Origin: an uncultured Butyrivibrio sp.
GTDB taxonomy: Bacteria > Bacillota > Clostridia > Lachnospirales > Lachnospiraceae
Assembly (NCBI GenBank): GCA_947167765.1
Contig: CAMVJI010000002.1
Span: 494-64,493, forward strand
DNA: 64,000 bases
Direction: 5' to 3'
Below are positions 20,116 through 29,694 of this stretch, piece by piece. The translations under genes were made by a program, and so were the position numbers. The notes beneath the pieces are model-generated. The model was not told the origin of the DNA and searched no databases. It saw nothing but the letters and a program-made list of their open reading frames with translations. Numbering within the stretch: position 1 is the first letter of the stretch; every line of letters starts with the position of its first letter.

Positions 20116-21924
20116 ATGAAGAAACGATCCATAGATTTCAACTTCATAGCTTCAGCCATATTGACACTGTCTGTTTTCCTGGCAGCAGCTTTTATTGGGG
20201 ACTTTTATTTTGATCTTAATGATGACGTCCTTATGAAGGATATCTTATCTGGAGCCTACACAGGAGTTCCAGAGGGACATAACATACAGATGCTGTACCC
20301 TATAAGCGCCTTTATAGCTCTGCTTTACAGAGTATATAGAGGCCTTGACTGGTATGGCATTTTTTTGTGCACCTGCCAATTTGGGTGCGTGTTCATCTTC
20401 CTGCATCGGGTAATGAGTAAGTGTGAGGATAAGGGGTTAAAGATAGTAAGTGTCCTTGCGTTTTTACTGTTTTTCCTTGGAGGGATCCTGTCGCACTTTG
20501 TGTTTGTGCAGTACACCTTCACAGTAGGTTTTATGTCTGCTACAGCAGCATTTCTTATCATGACTCATGAGGGAGACAAAAAGGGTGACCATATCCTTGC
20601 CATCATACTTATTACCCTTGCGTATCTCATAAGGTCAGAGATGCTTCTTTTGACCCTTCCCATTGTTGGCGTCGGGATACTTATCAGATACTGCCTTATT
20701 CGCAATACCTTATGTGACAGATACAGCGGAGGTGTGCAGATATCTTCCTACGGGGAAAAGAAAAACCTCTTTAAACGCTACGTGTTTTTGTGCATAGGGA
20801 TCCTTTTGGGGCTTGTTTTATCAACAGTGCTTCATAAGATTGCTTACAACAGCCCTGACTGGAGAGAGTTTAACGCTCTTTTCGATGCGAGAACTGAGCT
20901 TTACGATTTTCAGTACATTCCGGACTATGAGGAAAATAAGGACTTCTATAATGAGATTGATATCTCTCAGCCTGAGCAGGAGCTACTTATAAATTACAAC
21001 TATGGAATTGACGACGAGATAGGCACTGACATATTAAATGCGGTGGCTAGCCATGCGGCTAAGTTAAGGACTGATGAGGCTCCGCTTATTACAAGACTTA
21101 TGCAGTCTCTTTCACTTTACCTGTACAGATTAAGGTACATTGCTTACCAAAAGAGCTATGAATATCCCATGACTGATGCTCCGTTTAACCTGATCACTGG
21201 GGTGCTATATTTAGGAGCGCTTCTTATTTGCCTCTTTTCAAAAGACAGGAAAAAGAAAGTATCCTCAGTATTTCTTTTGATCCTTTTGTTTGCCTGCAGA
21301 TCTACTTTGTGGCTGTACATAATTGTAAGGGGAAGGGATCCCATCAGGATTACTCACCCTCTGTACATAATGGAAATTGCTGTTTTAGCTGGAATGATCA
21401 TTATGGAAGGCAGAAACAAAAAAAGGATTGCAGCTGCTACTATGCTGATCGCCTCTATAGCTTCAGCACTGTTCATTCCAAACCAGGCAGGGACCATTAC
21501 TGATGAACTGTCTGAGAGAGCCAGGATGAGAGCTCACTACGACGTACTTTATGAGTATTTTGATGAGCACGATGACAACTTCTATTTTGTTGATGTGTAC
21601 ACATCGGTATCTGCAATGGATGGGGAAGAGAAGACTTTCTCAGAGAAGATGTTTGAGAATGTAGATAACTCTTTTGCAAACCACGACATTATGGGCGGAT
21701 GGGCATGTAAGAGCCCTCTGTATTATAAAAAGCTAAAGGCTGCAGGTTTTACATCCATGCAGGATGCAATTTTGCAAGATGGTGTCTACGTGGTGTCAAA
21801 GACAGTAAATGAAGTAGAGTGGCTAAAAGACTATTACCTTGAAAAAGGAATAAACGTTGAAGTCAGCAAGATTGATAGCGTTAGTGACGCATTTATCATC
21901 TATAAATTTAATGAAGTCGATTGA
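20116..21924 (+). CDS. Polytopic membrane protein, probable GT-C/GtrC-like transferase
   Basis: LNDD acidic motif after TM1, many TMs and extracellular loops. Lies between gtrA-like, wecE, GNAT and gtrB-like genes. Confidence 0.5.
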   Translation: MKKRSIDFNFIASAILTLSVFLAAAFIGDFYFDLNDDVLMKDILSGAYTGVPEGHNIQMLYPISAFIALLYRVYRGLDWYGIFLCTCQFGCVFIFLHRVMSKCEDKGLKIVSVLAFLLFFLGGILSHFVFVQYTFTVGFMSATAAFLIMTHEGDKKGDHILAIILITLAYLIRSEMLLLTLPIVGVGILIRYCLIRNTLCDRYSGGVQISSYGEKKNLFKRYVFLCIGILLGLVLSTVLHKIAYNSPDWREFNALFDARTELYDFQYIPDYEENKDFYNEIDISQPEQELLINYNYGIDDEIGTDILNAVASHAAKLRTDEAPLITRLMQSLSLYLYRLRYIAYQKSYEYPMTDAPFNLITGVLYLGALLICLFSKDRKKKVSSVFLLILLFACRSTLWLYIIVRGRDPIRITHPLYIMEIAVLAGMIIMEGRNKKRIAAATMLIASIASALFIPNQAGTITDELSERARMRAHYDVLYEYFDEHDDNFYFVDVYTSVSAMDGEEKTFSEKMFENVDNSFANHDIMGGWACKSPLYYKKLKAAGFTSMQDAILQDGVYVVSKTVNEVEWLKDYYLEKGINVEVSKIDSVSDAFIIYKFNEVD

Positions 21925-21936
21925 GTTGGAGTTGAG

Positions 21937-22470
21937 ATGGAAGAGAAACAGTTATTTATTGAAGGTGAGCTTATAAGGCTAAGGCCAATATCAGAAGATG
22001 ACTTTCCTCTTATTGTGAAATGGCGCAATAATGAAAACGTAAAGAAGAATTTTATCTACAGGGAGAAGTTCAACTTAGAAGGTCAGAAAAAGTGGAAAGA
22101 GACAATGATAGATACTGGAAAGGTTATCCAGTTTATCATTTGTGAGAAAGACAATGATGAAAGGCCTGTTGGAAGTGTCTACCTGAGAGATATTAACATG
22201 GAAAAAGGGTCTGCAGAGTACGGAGTTTTCATAGGAGAAGATGATGCACAGGGTAAGGGTTACGGCAATGAAGCAGCTATACTGATGACTGAGTTTGCTC
22301 AAAATGTCATGGCTCTTAAGCAGCTGATCCTAAGGGTGTTCACATACAATGTAAGCGCTATAAAGAGCTATGAAAATGCCGGTTTCGAAAGAATAGATTT
22401 TTTGCCGTCAGTTGAATGCAGCGATGGTTATAAAGGTGATATGATATTGATGAAAAAGACATTTAGCTAG
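21937..22470 (+). CDS. GNAT N-acetyltransferase (PseH/RimJ-like), probable amino-sugar acetyltransferase
   Basis: IVKWRN, AEYGVFIGE, QGKGYG and NVSAIKSYENAGF motifs. Confidence 0.8.
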   Translation: MEEKQLFIEGELIRLRPISEDDFPLIVKWRNNENVKKNFIYREKFNLEGQKKWKETMIDTGKVIQFIICEKDNDERPVGSVYLRDINMEKGSAEYGVFIGEDDAQGKGYGNEAAILMTEFAQNVMALKQLILRVFTYNVSAIKSYENAGFERIDFLPSVECSDGYKGDMILMKKTFS

Positions 22471-22481
22471 GAAGGTGTAAT

Positions 22482-23426
22482 ATGGCTGAAAAAATCATAA
22501 GCTTCGTAATTCCCTGCTACAGATCAGAGAATACGCTTGAAGCAGTTGTAAGTGAAATAGAAAAGACCATGTCCAGGCTTAGCTCCTATGGACATGAGAT
22601 AATCCTAATTAATGATGGCTCTCCTGACGATACCTGGGGAACCATTAAAGAGGTTTCTAAAAAGTATGCTGATACGGTAACTGGCATAAACCTTGCCAAG
22701 AACTTCGGACAGCATGCAGCTCTTATGGCAGGCCTCAACGCTGCCAAAGGGGATATAGTGATCTGCCTTGATGATGACGGGCAGACTCCTGCTGATGAGG
22801 CAGACAAGCTTATTGCGGCCATTGAGAATGGCGCAGATGTTGCTTATGCGAGATACAGCCATAAAAAACACAGCCTTTTCCGCAACTTTGGAACAGCAAT
22901 GAATGAGTGGATGGCCAGTGTAATGATTGGTAAGCCCAAGGATCTTTATGTTTCCAGTTACTTTGCCGCTAAGAGGTTTGTTGTGGACGAGATGGTGAAG
23001 TATGAAGGCTCATACCCATATGTAATAGGTCTGGTACTCAGGACTACCAAAAATATAGTTAATGTTGATGTTACCCACAGAAAAAGGGAAGTTGGCGAAA
23101 GCGGATATACACTGTCCAAGCTTTTTGCCCTGTGGATCAATGGCTTTACAGCCTTTAGCATCAAGCCTCTTCGAATAGCGACACTTTCAGGCTTTATATT
23201 TGCATTCCTGGGATTCCTTTACGGGATTTATACGGTTATCAAGAAGCTTGTATACCCTGTAGCACCTATGGGATTTGCAGCTTTAATGAGTGGGATCATG
23301 TTTATTGGCGGAATGCTGATGCTGATGCTTGGCATGATCGGTGAATATCTTGGGAGGCTCTACATATCACAGAACAAAAATCCTCAGTACGTGATCCGGG
23401 AGACTACGAAAGATGAGATCAAATAA
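22482..23426 (+). CDS. GT2 polyprenyl-phosphate glycosyltransferase (ArnC/GtrB-like)
   Basis: VIPCYRS, NDGSPD, KNFGQHAALMAG and DDDGQTP motifs, two C-terminal TMs, and GEYLGR...PQYVI. Confidence 0.87.
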   Translation: MAEKIISFVIPCYRSENTLEAVVSEIEKTMSRLSSYGHEIILINDGSPDDTWGTIKEVSKKYADTVTGINLAKNFGQHAALMAGLNAAKGDIVICLDDDGQTPADEADKLIAAIENGADVAYARYSHKKHSLFRNFGTAMNEWMASVMIGKPKDLYVSSYFAAKRFVVDEMVKYEGSYPYVIGLVLRTTKNIVNVDVTHRKREVGESGYTLSKLFALWINGFTAFSIKPLRIATLSGFIFAFLGFLYGIYTVIKKLVYPVAPMGFAALMSGIMFIGGMLMLMLGMIGEYLGRLYISQNKNPQYVIRETTKDEIK

Positions 23427-25062
23427 GGAAAACACACTGGCCTGGCTTATGTCAGGCTTGTTTGGCGTTTTGGCTGGTGTTTTTTTGACCTTTGGATATC
23501 AGCTTGAAACCTACGACCAGATCAATATTTTTGACAAAAATGCCATGCTGGTGATGCTGGCACTTATGATAATTGTCACAGTGGACACCAGGTATGTATG
23601 GAGAAACTATGATCTTACAGACAAAGGAGCCAAGCTCTTTGGTATAGTCAAGCTCCCTAAAAAAGGGCAGGAGAGAGAGTTTTCAAAAAGAGATTTCCTG
23701 ATAAACTATGCTTCTTTGGTGGTTTTGTGCATTCCGGTTTTTCTTGCTGAATTTCCAGGATTTTTTGTCTATGACGCCCAGGATGAACTTAATGAAGTCC
23801 TAACAAGGAGCTTTTCTACTCATCATCCGCTTCTTCATGTGCTGCTGCTTGGGGGAACAATAGCTCTTTTCCACAAGATAAGTGGTTCCTGGAATTTTGG
23901 AATAGCTGCCTATATCGTACTTCAGATGCTGGTGATATCAGCTATCTTTGCCTATGTGGTAACTTATCTGCAAAAGAAGGGAATTGCCAAAAGAGCAAGG
24001 ATATTGTGGCTTTTGTTTTACGGCTTGTTCCCAACTATTGTTATGTACACCTTGTGCTCCTGTAAGGATGGGCTCTTTACGGGATTCCTTTTACTGCTTA
24101 CTGCTTTTTTGGTACAGCTTGTGGAAGATCCAGAGGGCTTTTTAAAGAGCAAAGTCAAGGTTTGCCTGTTTGTATTATCTGCAGTTTTAATGCCGCTGTT
24201 TAGGCACAACGGCTTTTATGCATATCTGGTTTTTGTACCCTTTGCACTGATCTATTTCAGGAAAAAATTAAAGCCTCTACTTGTATCGGTCCTTGTTTTG
24301 CCGGTGATCTTATATCTTGTTATTTCAGGGATCTTATCTGGAATTTTTAGTTCAGAGGTCACTCATCATCAGGAAATGCTTACAGTACCCATCATGCAAC
24401 TAAGCAGAGTTTACGCCTATGATGGAGAGAGCCTTTCAGATGAAGACAAGGCTGTTATTGAGAGCTATATCCACAAGGAGAATCTTGATAAGTACACCCC
24501 AAGAGTGTCAGACATGGTAAAGGTAAACTTTGACAACGAGCTCTATGAAAGGGACAGTGCTGCCTTCTGGAAGGTGTGGTTAAAACTCTTTAAAGAGCAT
24601 CCCCTTGCCTATTTAAACGCCTGGATGCTTACAAGCTATGGTTATTACTATCCACCGGCTGTTATTAACGTGTATAAGGGCAACACGGTTTACACCTTTA
24701 CTTATGATGAGAGCTCCTACTTTGGATACGAGGTGGAACCTCCCGGAGAGAGAATTAGCCTTATTCCGGCAATAGATAAACTCTACAGATATATCTCTAT
24801 TGGAAGCTTTCAGCAGGATGCAATACTTCTGCGCCTGTTCTTTAATCCAGGGCTTTATCTGTTTATCTACATGTACGTATTTGCCTATAGATTATCTAAA
24901 AAGAGATTTTGCCAGATACTGCCATTTCTTCCTATGGTGCTGACCTTCTGCACAGTGCTGCTTGGGCCAACATATCTCATAAGATATGTACTGTATCTGT
25001 GGACCTGTATTCCGCTTCTGACCGTGACAGGGGGCGCAGTTAAGAGCACTGCAGCTGTTTGA
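23413..25062 (+). CDS. Polytopic membrane protein (DUF6020-like, possible GT-C)
   Basis: PGFFVYD, HHPLLH, KD, FRHNG and RY motifs, about 12 TM. Confidence 0.55.
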   Translation: MRSNKENTLAWLMSGLFGVLAGVFLTFGYQLETYDQINIFDKNAMLVMLALMIIVTVDTRYVWRNYDLTDKGAKLFGIVKLPKKGQEREFSKRDFLINYASLVVLCIPVFLAEFPGFFVYDAQDELNEVLTRSFSTHHPLLHVLLLGGTIALFHKISGSWNFGIAAYIVLQMLVISAIFAYVVTYLQKKGIAKRARILWLLFYGLFPTIVMYTLCSCKDGLFTGFLLLLTAFLVQLVEDPEGFLKSKVKVCLFVLSAVLMPLFRHNGFYAYLVFVPFALIYFRKKLKPLLVSVLVLPVILYLVISGILSGIFSSEVTHHQEMLTVPIMQLSRVYAYDGESLSDEDKAVIESYIHKENLDKYTPRVSDMVKVNFDNELYERDSAAFWKVWLKLFKEHPLAYLNAWMLTSYGYYYPPAVINVYKGNTVYTFTYDESSYFGYEVEPPGERISLIPAIDKLYRYISIGSFQQDAILLRLFFNPGLYLFIYMYVFAYRLSKKRFCQILPFLPMVLTFCTVLLGPTYLIRYVLYLWTCIPLLTVTGGAVKSTAAV

Positions 25063-25087
25063 TTAAGACCTTAAGGTGTGTTATCAT
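25059..25087 (+). promoter_or_regulatory. Putative sigma-A promoter for the ligase/pglF-like operon
   Basis: TTGATT (25059-25064), 17 nt spacer ending in TG-T, TATCAT (25082-25087). Confidence 0.55.
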
Positions 25088-25136
25088 ACTATGATGCACT
25101 TATTGTGCACAGTTACATATTAAAAGGGAAATTTTT

Positions 25137-27764
25137 ATGAGAAAAGTTATCAGCAAGAGCACAGCCATTAAGGCTGTTGTGCTTATTTTTGCATTAATAG
25201 GGATCCTTACTGTTTTTCCGGCAAGGATCTATTCAAGCCTTTGGCAGGCTCCCGGGGGAGGCGAGCTTACTAACGATACAGTGCCAGTTTATTTTGAGCA
25301 GCAGACCGTTATGCAAGAGTTTGTCTCTCAGTATAAGCGCCTTAGCTCCATTGACCTGTATATAACCCAGATGGAAAGAGGCCGCTACATAGGCCTTAAT
25401 CTTCTTGATGAAAATGGGATTTCTGTATTCAAGACCTTTGTGGACACCGAAGGGATCACTATACCAGGCTATGTTAACATCCCAATGGAGGTTAACACTG
25501 AGGTGGGCAAGGGCTACACTATCAATCTGATGCCTGTAAGGTCCAAATATCACGTTGGAACTGAAAGTGTAGTAAGCGCTGATTCATATCTGGGTAACCT
25601 CTATATGGACTATTCCGCCGTTGAGGCCAGGCACCTGGCAGCAAGGTACAATTACAGAATACCTATGTCAAAGGCGTCATCTCTTATTTGGATAGCAGGA
25701 ATAGCAGCTTTTGCAGTTCTTATCTGCCTTTGCACAGATCTTTTTTATAAAAAGAATCATGAAAAGAATACCATTGTAACAGTGGCACAGGTTCTGAAAG
25801 TAGTTGCAAACCCTGTTGCTGCCATCATATTCCTTACCCTTATGGTGATGGTATTTCCGCTTAAGCTCTTTGATTCAAGACCTTTGGACATAGTGTTCTA
25901 TGAACTTGGACTTATCATAACTGCAGCCATAACATTCTATGCGATCAATCACAAGGTTGTGACCCACGACATAGGGGTTTCATTCTGGCAGACACTTAAG
26001 AATGAAGACAGGCTTCAGTATGTGCTCATAATGTTGTGTATTGCTATGGGACTGTGGTATGCATCAGATTATATGAATGGCCTGTATGATATTTTCCACA
26101 ACATTTCTGAGACCCATATGACTATTTGGTTGCTCCTGGCTGCCATACTTACCTTTAAGATAAGTGAGGTTTTAAATATCCCCAATCTCATATGGATCGT
26201 GGCTTCTTCAATATATGGGATCTATTACTATGGTGCCAACAGGCTTGCAGATACGGAAAAAGAGGCGGACCTTAACAACCTGGTCCTTAGATGCAGGATC
26301 ATAATAGTGATCTTGTTTGGTGTTCTTGCCATCAATTTCCTGATGCTTATAGTTAGAGCTGTTAAGAAGAAAAAGCTTTCTGTACGTCCAAGTGCTTTCG
26401 GAATAATACTTGCTGTATTTTTCGTAGCTCTTATTCTCCTTAGGAACACAAGGCAGTGGGGTATTTCTTTAGTTCTTTTGTTTACCTGCCTGTTTATACG
26501 ACTCTCCGTATGGGACAAGAAAAAGGATTACTACAAGATCCTTGCTGGCGGTCTGATGCTTAACTTTGGAATATCCATGGTATTTTGCCTGATGCACAGA
26601 TATTTTGCGGGATACATGCTGGGAAGATTTGGCTTTCTTTTCCACACAGTTACTGTTACTGCAGAGTACCTGACAGTTATGGGAGCTGTGGCAACAGTCA
26701 TGCTTACAGTCAAGATCATTTCCCTGCCTAAGGGATGCAGTCTTAAGGACATGATCATCATCGCCTGGAAAGAGATCGTGCTCTTTGGCTTTATCATGTC
26801 ATATGCGATCTTTACTGTTTCAAGGACAGCTTACCTTGCCATAATTGTTTCAACGCTGCTGGTGATCTGCGTTGCTATTTCATATTACAAAAAGCAGTTT
26901 TTAAGGATAATCGCAATGTTTGTCTTGTCTGTTGTGCTGTGCTTCCCTGCAGCTTTCACGCTTCAGAGGATCATTCCTACAATAGTGGCAGATCCTGTTT
27001 TTTATCTCATTGATGACACCGATGAGTTTGTAAGAGGCGGCGCCGACTGGGATAACACAAACTTTATGTGTGTAGAGCGATTTGCAAATCTCTTCGAGGA
27101 CAAGATCCTGGGAATGGATGTTGGAACCTATGAATATCCTAACGATGCAAATAACTACGAGCTTGGTGGCAAAGGAGACCCTGTATATGATCAGTACGGA
27201 TTCCCCTATGAAGACAGCTTCGAAAATCCTGACAGCGGAAATTACGAGCCAGATAAATACGGCTACAATGATATAGAGGATGCGTCAGATCTTCTTGCTG
27301 CAGCATTCTTTACAAGAGCGGAAAGAACAATGCTCCTTGAGGAGATGGTTGATTATGTGGACTACGACAATGCACTGGATGTGATCTCCAACGGTCGTAT
27401 CACCATTTTTAAGTCCTACATATCTGAACTCAATTTGTGGGGACACGAAGACATGGGAGCCATGCTTCCAAACGGAGAGATTGCCCTTCATGCCCACAAC
27501 ACTTTCCTTCAGGTTGCTTATGACCATGGAATTGTGGGAGGAGTACTGTTTGCGATCACGATGATATCAGCACTTGTGGCATCACTTATATATTTTAAAA
27601 ACAACAGGACAAAAGAGATGCTCTCTTTAGTTACCTGTGCAGTGATAATAGGTTTTGCAGTTGCAGGTCTTACCGAGTGGGTGTTCCACTACTGCAATCC
27701 AATGACAATAGCACTTATGCTCTCATTAGCTCCATTAACATTTAAGGCACAAGGAAATGAATAA
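25137..27764 (+). CDS. Large membrane protein with C-terminal O-antigen ligase/Wzy_C-like domain (ligase, polymerase or O-oligosaccharyltransferase)
   Basis: More than 15 TMs. TVSRTAYLA, SNGRITIF and HAHNTFLQVAYDHGIVGG are WaaL/Wzy_C hallmarks. Extracellular N-terminal domain. Confidence 0.72.
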   Translation: MRKVISKSTAIKAVVLIFALIGILTVFPARIYSSLWQAPGGGELTNDTVPVYFEQQTVMQEFVSQYKRLSSIDLYITQMERGRYIGLNLLDENGISVFKTFVDTEGITIPGYVNIPMEVNTEVGKGYTINLMPVRSKYHVGTESVVSADSYLGNLYMDYSAVEARHLAARYNYRIPMSKASSLIWIAGIAAFAVLICLCTDLFYKKNHEKNTIVTVAQVLKVVANPVAAIIFLTLMVMVFPLKLFDSRPLDIVFYELGLIITAAITFYAINHKVVTHDIGVSFWQTLKNEDRLQYVLIMLCIAMGLWYASDYMNGLYDIFHNISETHMTIWLLLAAILTFKISEVLNIPNLIWIVASSIYGIYYYGANRLADTEKEADLNNLVLRCRIIIVILFGVLAINFLMLIVRAVKKKKLSVRPSAFGIILAVFFVALILLRNTRQWGISLVLLFTCLFIRLSVWDKKKDYYKILAGGLMLNFGISMVFCLMHRYFAGYMLGRFGFLFHTVTVTAEYLTVMGAVATVMLTVKIISLPKGCSLKDMIIIAWKEIVLFGFIMSYAIFTVSRTAYLAIIVSTLLVICVAISYYKKQFLRIIAMFVLSVVLCFPAAFTLQRIIPTIVADPVFYLIDDTDEFVRGGADWDNTNFMCVERFANLFEDKILGMDVGTYEYPNDANNYELGGKGDPVYDQYGFPYEDSFENPDSGNYEPDKYGYNDIEDASDLLAAAFFTRAERTMLLEEMVDYVDYDNALDVISNGRITIFKSYISELNLWGHEDMGAMLPNGEIALHAHNTFLQVAYDHGIVGGVLFAITMISALVASLIYFKNNRTKEMLSLVTCAVIIGFAVAGLTEWVFHYCNPMTIALMLSLAPLTFKAQGNE

Positions 27765-29694
27765 GAAAAAAGAACCATTTAACTTTGCAAAACTATATAG
27801 AAGAACAGGGCTTATATTCTATGATGTGATAAGCATTGTAGTGGCAAGCTTTGTTGCCATCCTTATGAGGTATGAGTTTGTTATCCGGAACGTTCCTGAT
27901 TACTACCTGGATTCCATAACAGCTTTTCTTCCCATCAACATTATCATCACAATAGTGGTGTTTTACCTGTTTAAGCTCTACGATAGTCTTTGGGCTTATG
28001 CTGGAGAGAGGGAGATGCAGAACCTTGTTATGGCCTGCGTGATCTCAGGTGTGATAAACGCCATTGGACTTCAGTTCTTTAAGTTTTATGAGCAGGCTGT
28101 ACCTCAGAGCTATTACTTCCTGTACACCTTTATCCTGATAACCGCTATTTTTATCAGCAGATTCTCATACAGGTTTTTTAGAAGTAAAAAGAACCAGGCA
28201 GTAAACAAGAACAACAGTAAGGCTGTGATGATCATTGGTGCTGGCGAAGCTGCTAACATCATAATCAAAGACATCATTACCAGCAATTACTCCACAATGT
28301 CCATAAAGTGCATCATCGACGATGACACCAATAAGTGGGGCAAGTACATTCAGGGAATCCGTGTAGTTGGCGGAAGAGACAAGATCGTTGAATGTGCAGA
28401 TCTTTACGACATCGATGAGATAATTGTGGCAATGCCTTCAGTATCAAGGCAGGAGCTTAAAAAGATCCTGGAGATCTGTAAGAACACAAATTGCAAGCTT
28501 CGTTCCCTTCCTGGAATGTATCAGCTTGTAAACGGCGAAGTAAATGTATCCCGTCTTCGTGACGTGGAAGTAGAGGACCTTCTTGGAAGAGATCCTATAA
28601 CTGTAGATCTTGATTCAATTGCAGGCTATGTAAGTGGAAAGACAATCCTGGTAACAGGTGGCGGCGGATCCATAGGTTCTGAATTGTGCAGACAGATTGC
28701 AGGACACAATCCAAAGCGTCTTATAATCGTTGATATTTATGAGAATAACGCCTACGAGATCCAGCAGGAGCTTAAGTACAAGTACCCTGACATGGACCTT
28801 GTGGTGCTTATAGCATCTGTTAGAAATACAGTTCGAATCAACAATATCTTTGAAAAATACAAGCCTGATATTGTCTATCATGCAGCAGCTCATAAACACG
28901 TACCTCTCATGGAGGACAGCCCTAACGAGGCCATCAAGAACAACGTATTTGGTACCTGGAAAACTGCCATGGCAGCAGCTACAAATGGTTGCAAGAAGTT
29001 TGTAATGATCAGTACAGACAAGGCTGTTAACCCCACTAACATAATGGGTGCAAGCAAGAGAATCTGTGAGATGATCATCCAGACCTTCAACAAGCACTAT
29101 GACACTGAGTTTGTGGCTGTAAGATTTGGTAACGTTCTTGGATCCAACGGCTCAGTTATCCCTCTTTTCAAAAAGCAGATAGCTGCAGGCGGGCCAGTTA
29201 CAGTTACAGACCCTGAGATCATCAGATACTTTATGACCATCACCGAGGCAGTATCACTGGTACTTCAGGCAGGAGCCTTTGCCAAGGGTGGAGAGATCTT
29301 TGTCCTTGATATGGGAGAACCGGTTAAGATATTAGACCTTGCTGAAAACCTTATTAAGCTCTCTGGCTATAAGGTTGGAGAGGATATAAGGATCGAATTT
29401 ACAGGCCTTCGTCCTGGAGAGAAGCTTTATGAGGAGATGCTTATGGACGAGGAGGGGCTTCAGGATACAGCCAACAAGATGATCCATATCGGAAAGCCAA
29501 TCGAGATGGATGAGATGAGATTCTTTTCACAGCTTGAAAAGCTCAATGAGGCAGCTAAAGAGGAATCTCCCAAGATCCGTGATATGGTAAAAGAAATCGT
29601 TGAGACCTATCATCCTGATGTTCACAGATATACAATGACTAGAGAGAGAAAAGAGGCCCTTCAGAAGACCGCGGAGGATATCAATGGAAATTAA
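27757..29694 (+). CDS. Membrane-bound UDP-GlcNAc 4,6-dehydratase (PglF/CapD/WbpM family)
   Basis: Four N-terminal TMs, then EDLLGR, TGGGGSIGSELCRQ, HAAAHKHVPLME, STDKAVNPTNIMGASK and RFGNVLGSNGSV. Confidence 0.92.
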   Translation: MNKKKEPFNFAKLYRRTGLIFYDVISIVVASFVAILMRYEFVIRNVPDYYLDSITAFLPINIIITIVVFYLFKLYDSLWAYAGEREMQNLVMACVISGVINAIGLQFFKFYEQAVPQSYYFLYTFILITAIFISRFSYRFFRSKKNQAVNKNNSKAVMIIGAGEAANIIIKDIITSNYSTMSIKCIIDDDTNKWGKYIQGIRVVGGRDKIVECADLYDIDEIIVAMPSVSRQELKKILEICKNTNCKLRSLPGMYQLVNGEVNVSRLRDVEVEDLLGRDPITVDLDSIAGYVSGKTILVTGGGGSIGSELCRQIAGHNPKRLIIVDIYENNAYEIQQELKYKYPDMDLVVLIASVRNTVRINNIFEKYKPDIVYHAAAHKHVPLMEDSPNEAIKNNVFGTWKTAMAAATNGCKKFVMISTDKAVNPTNIMGASKRICEMIIQTFNKHYDTEFVAVRFGNVLGSNGSVIPLFKKQIAAGGPVTVTDPEIIRYFMTITEAVSLVLQAGAFAKGGEIFVLDMGEPVKILDLAENLIKLSGYKVGEDIRIEFTGLRPGEKLYEEMLMDEEGLQDTANKMIHIGKPIEMDEMRFFSQLEKLNEAAKEESPKIRDMVKEIVETYHPDVHRYTMTRERKEALQKTAEDINGN

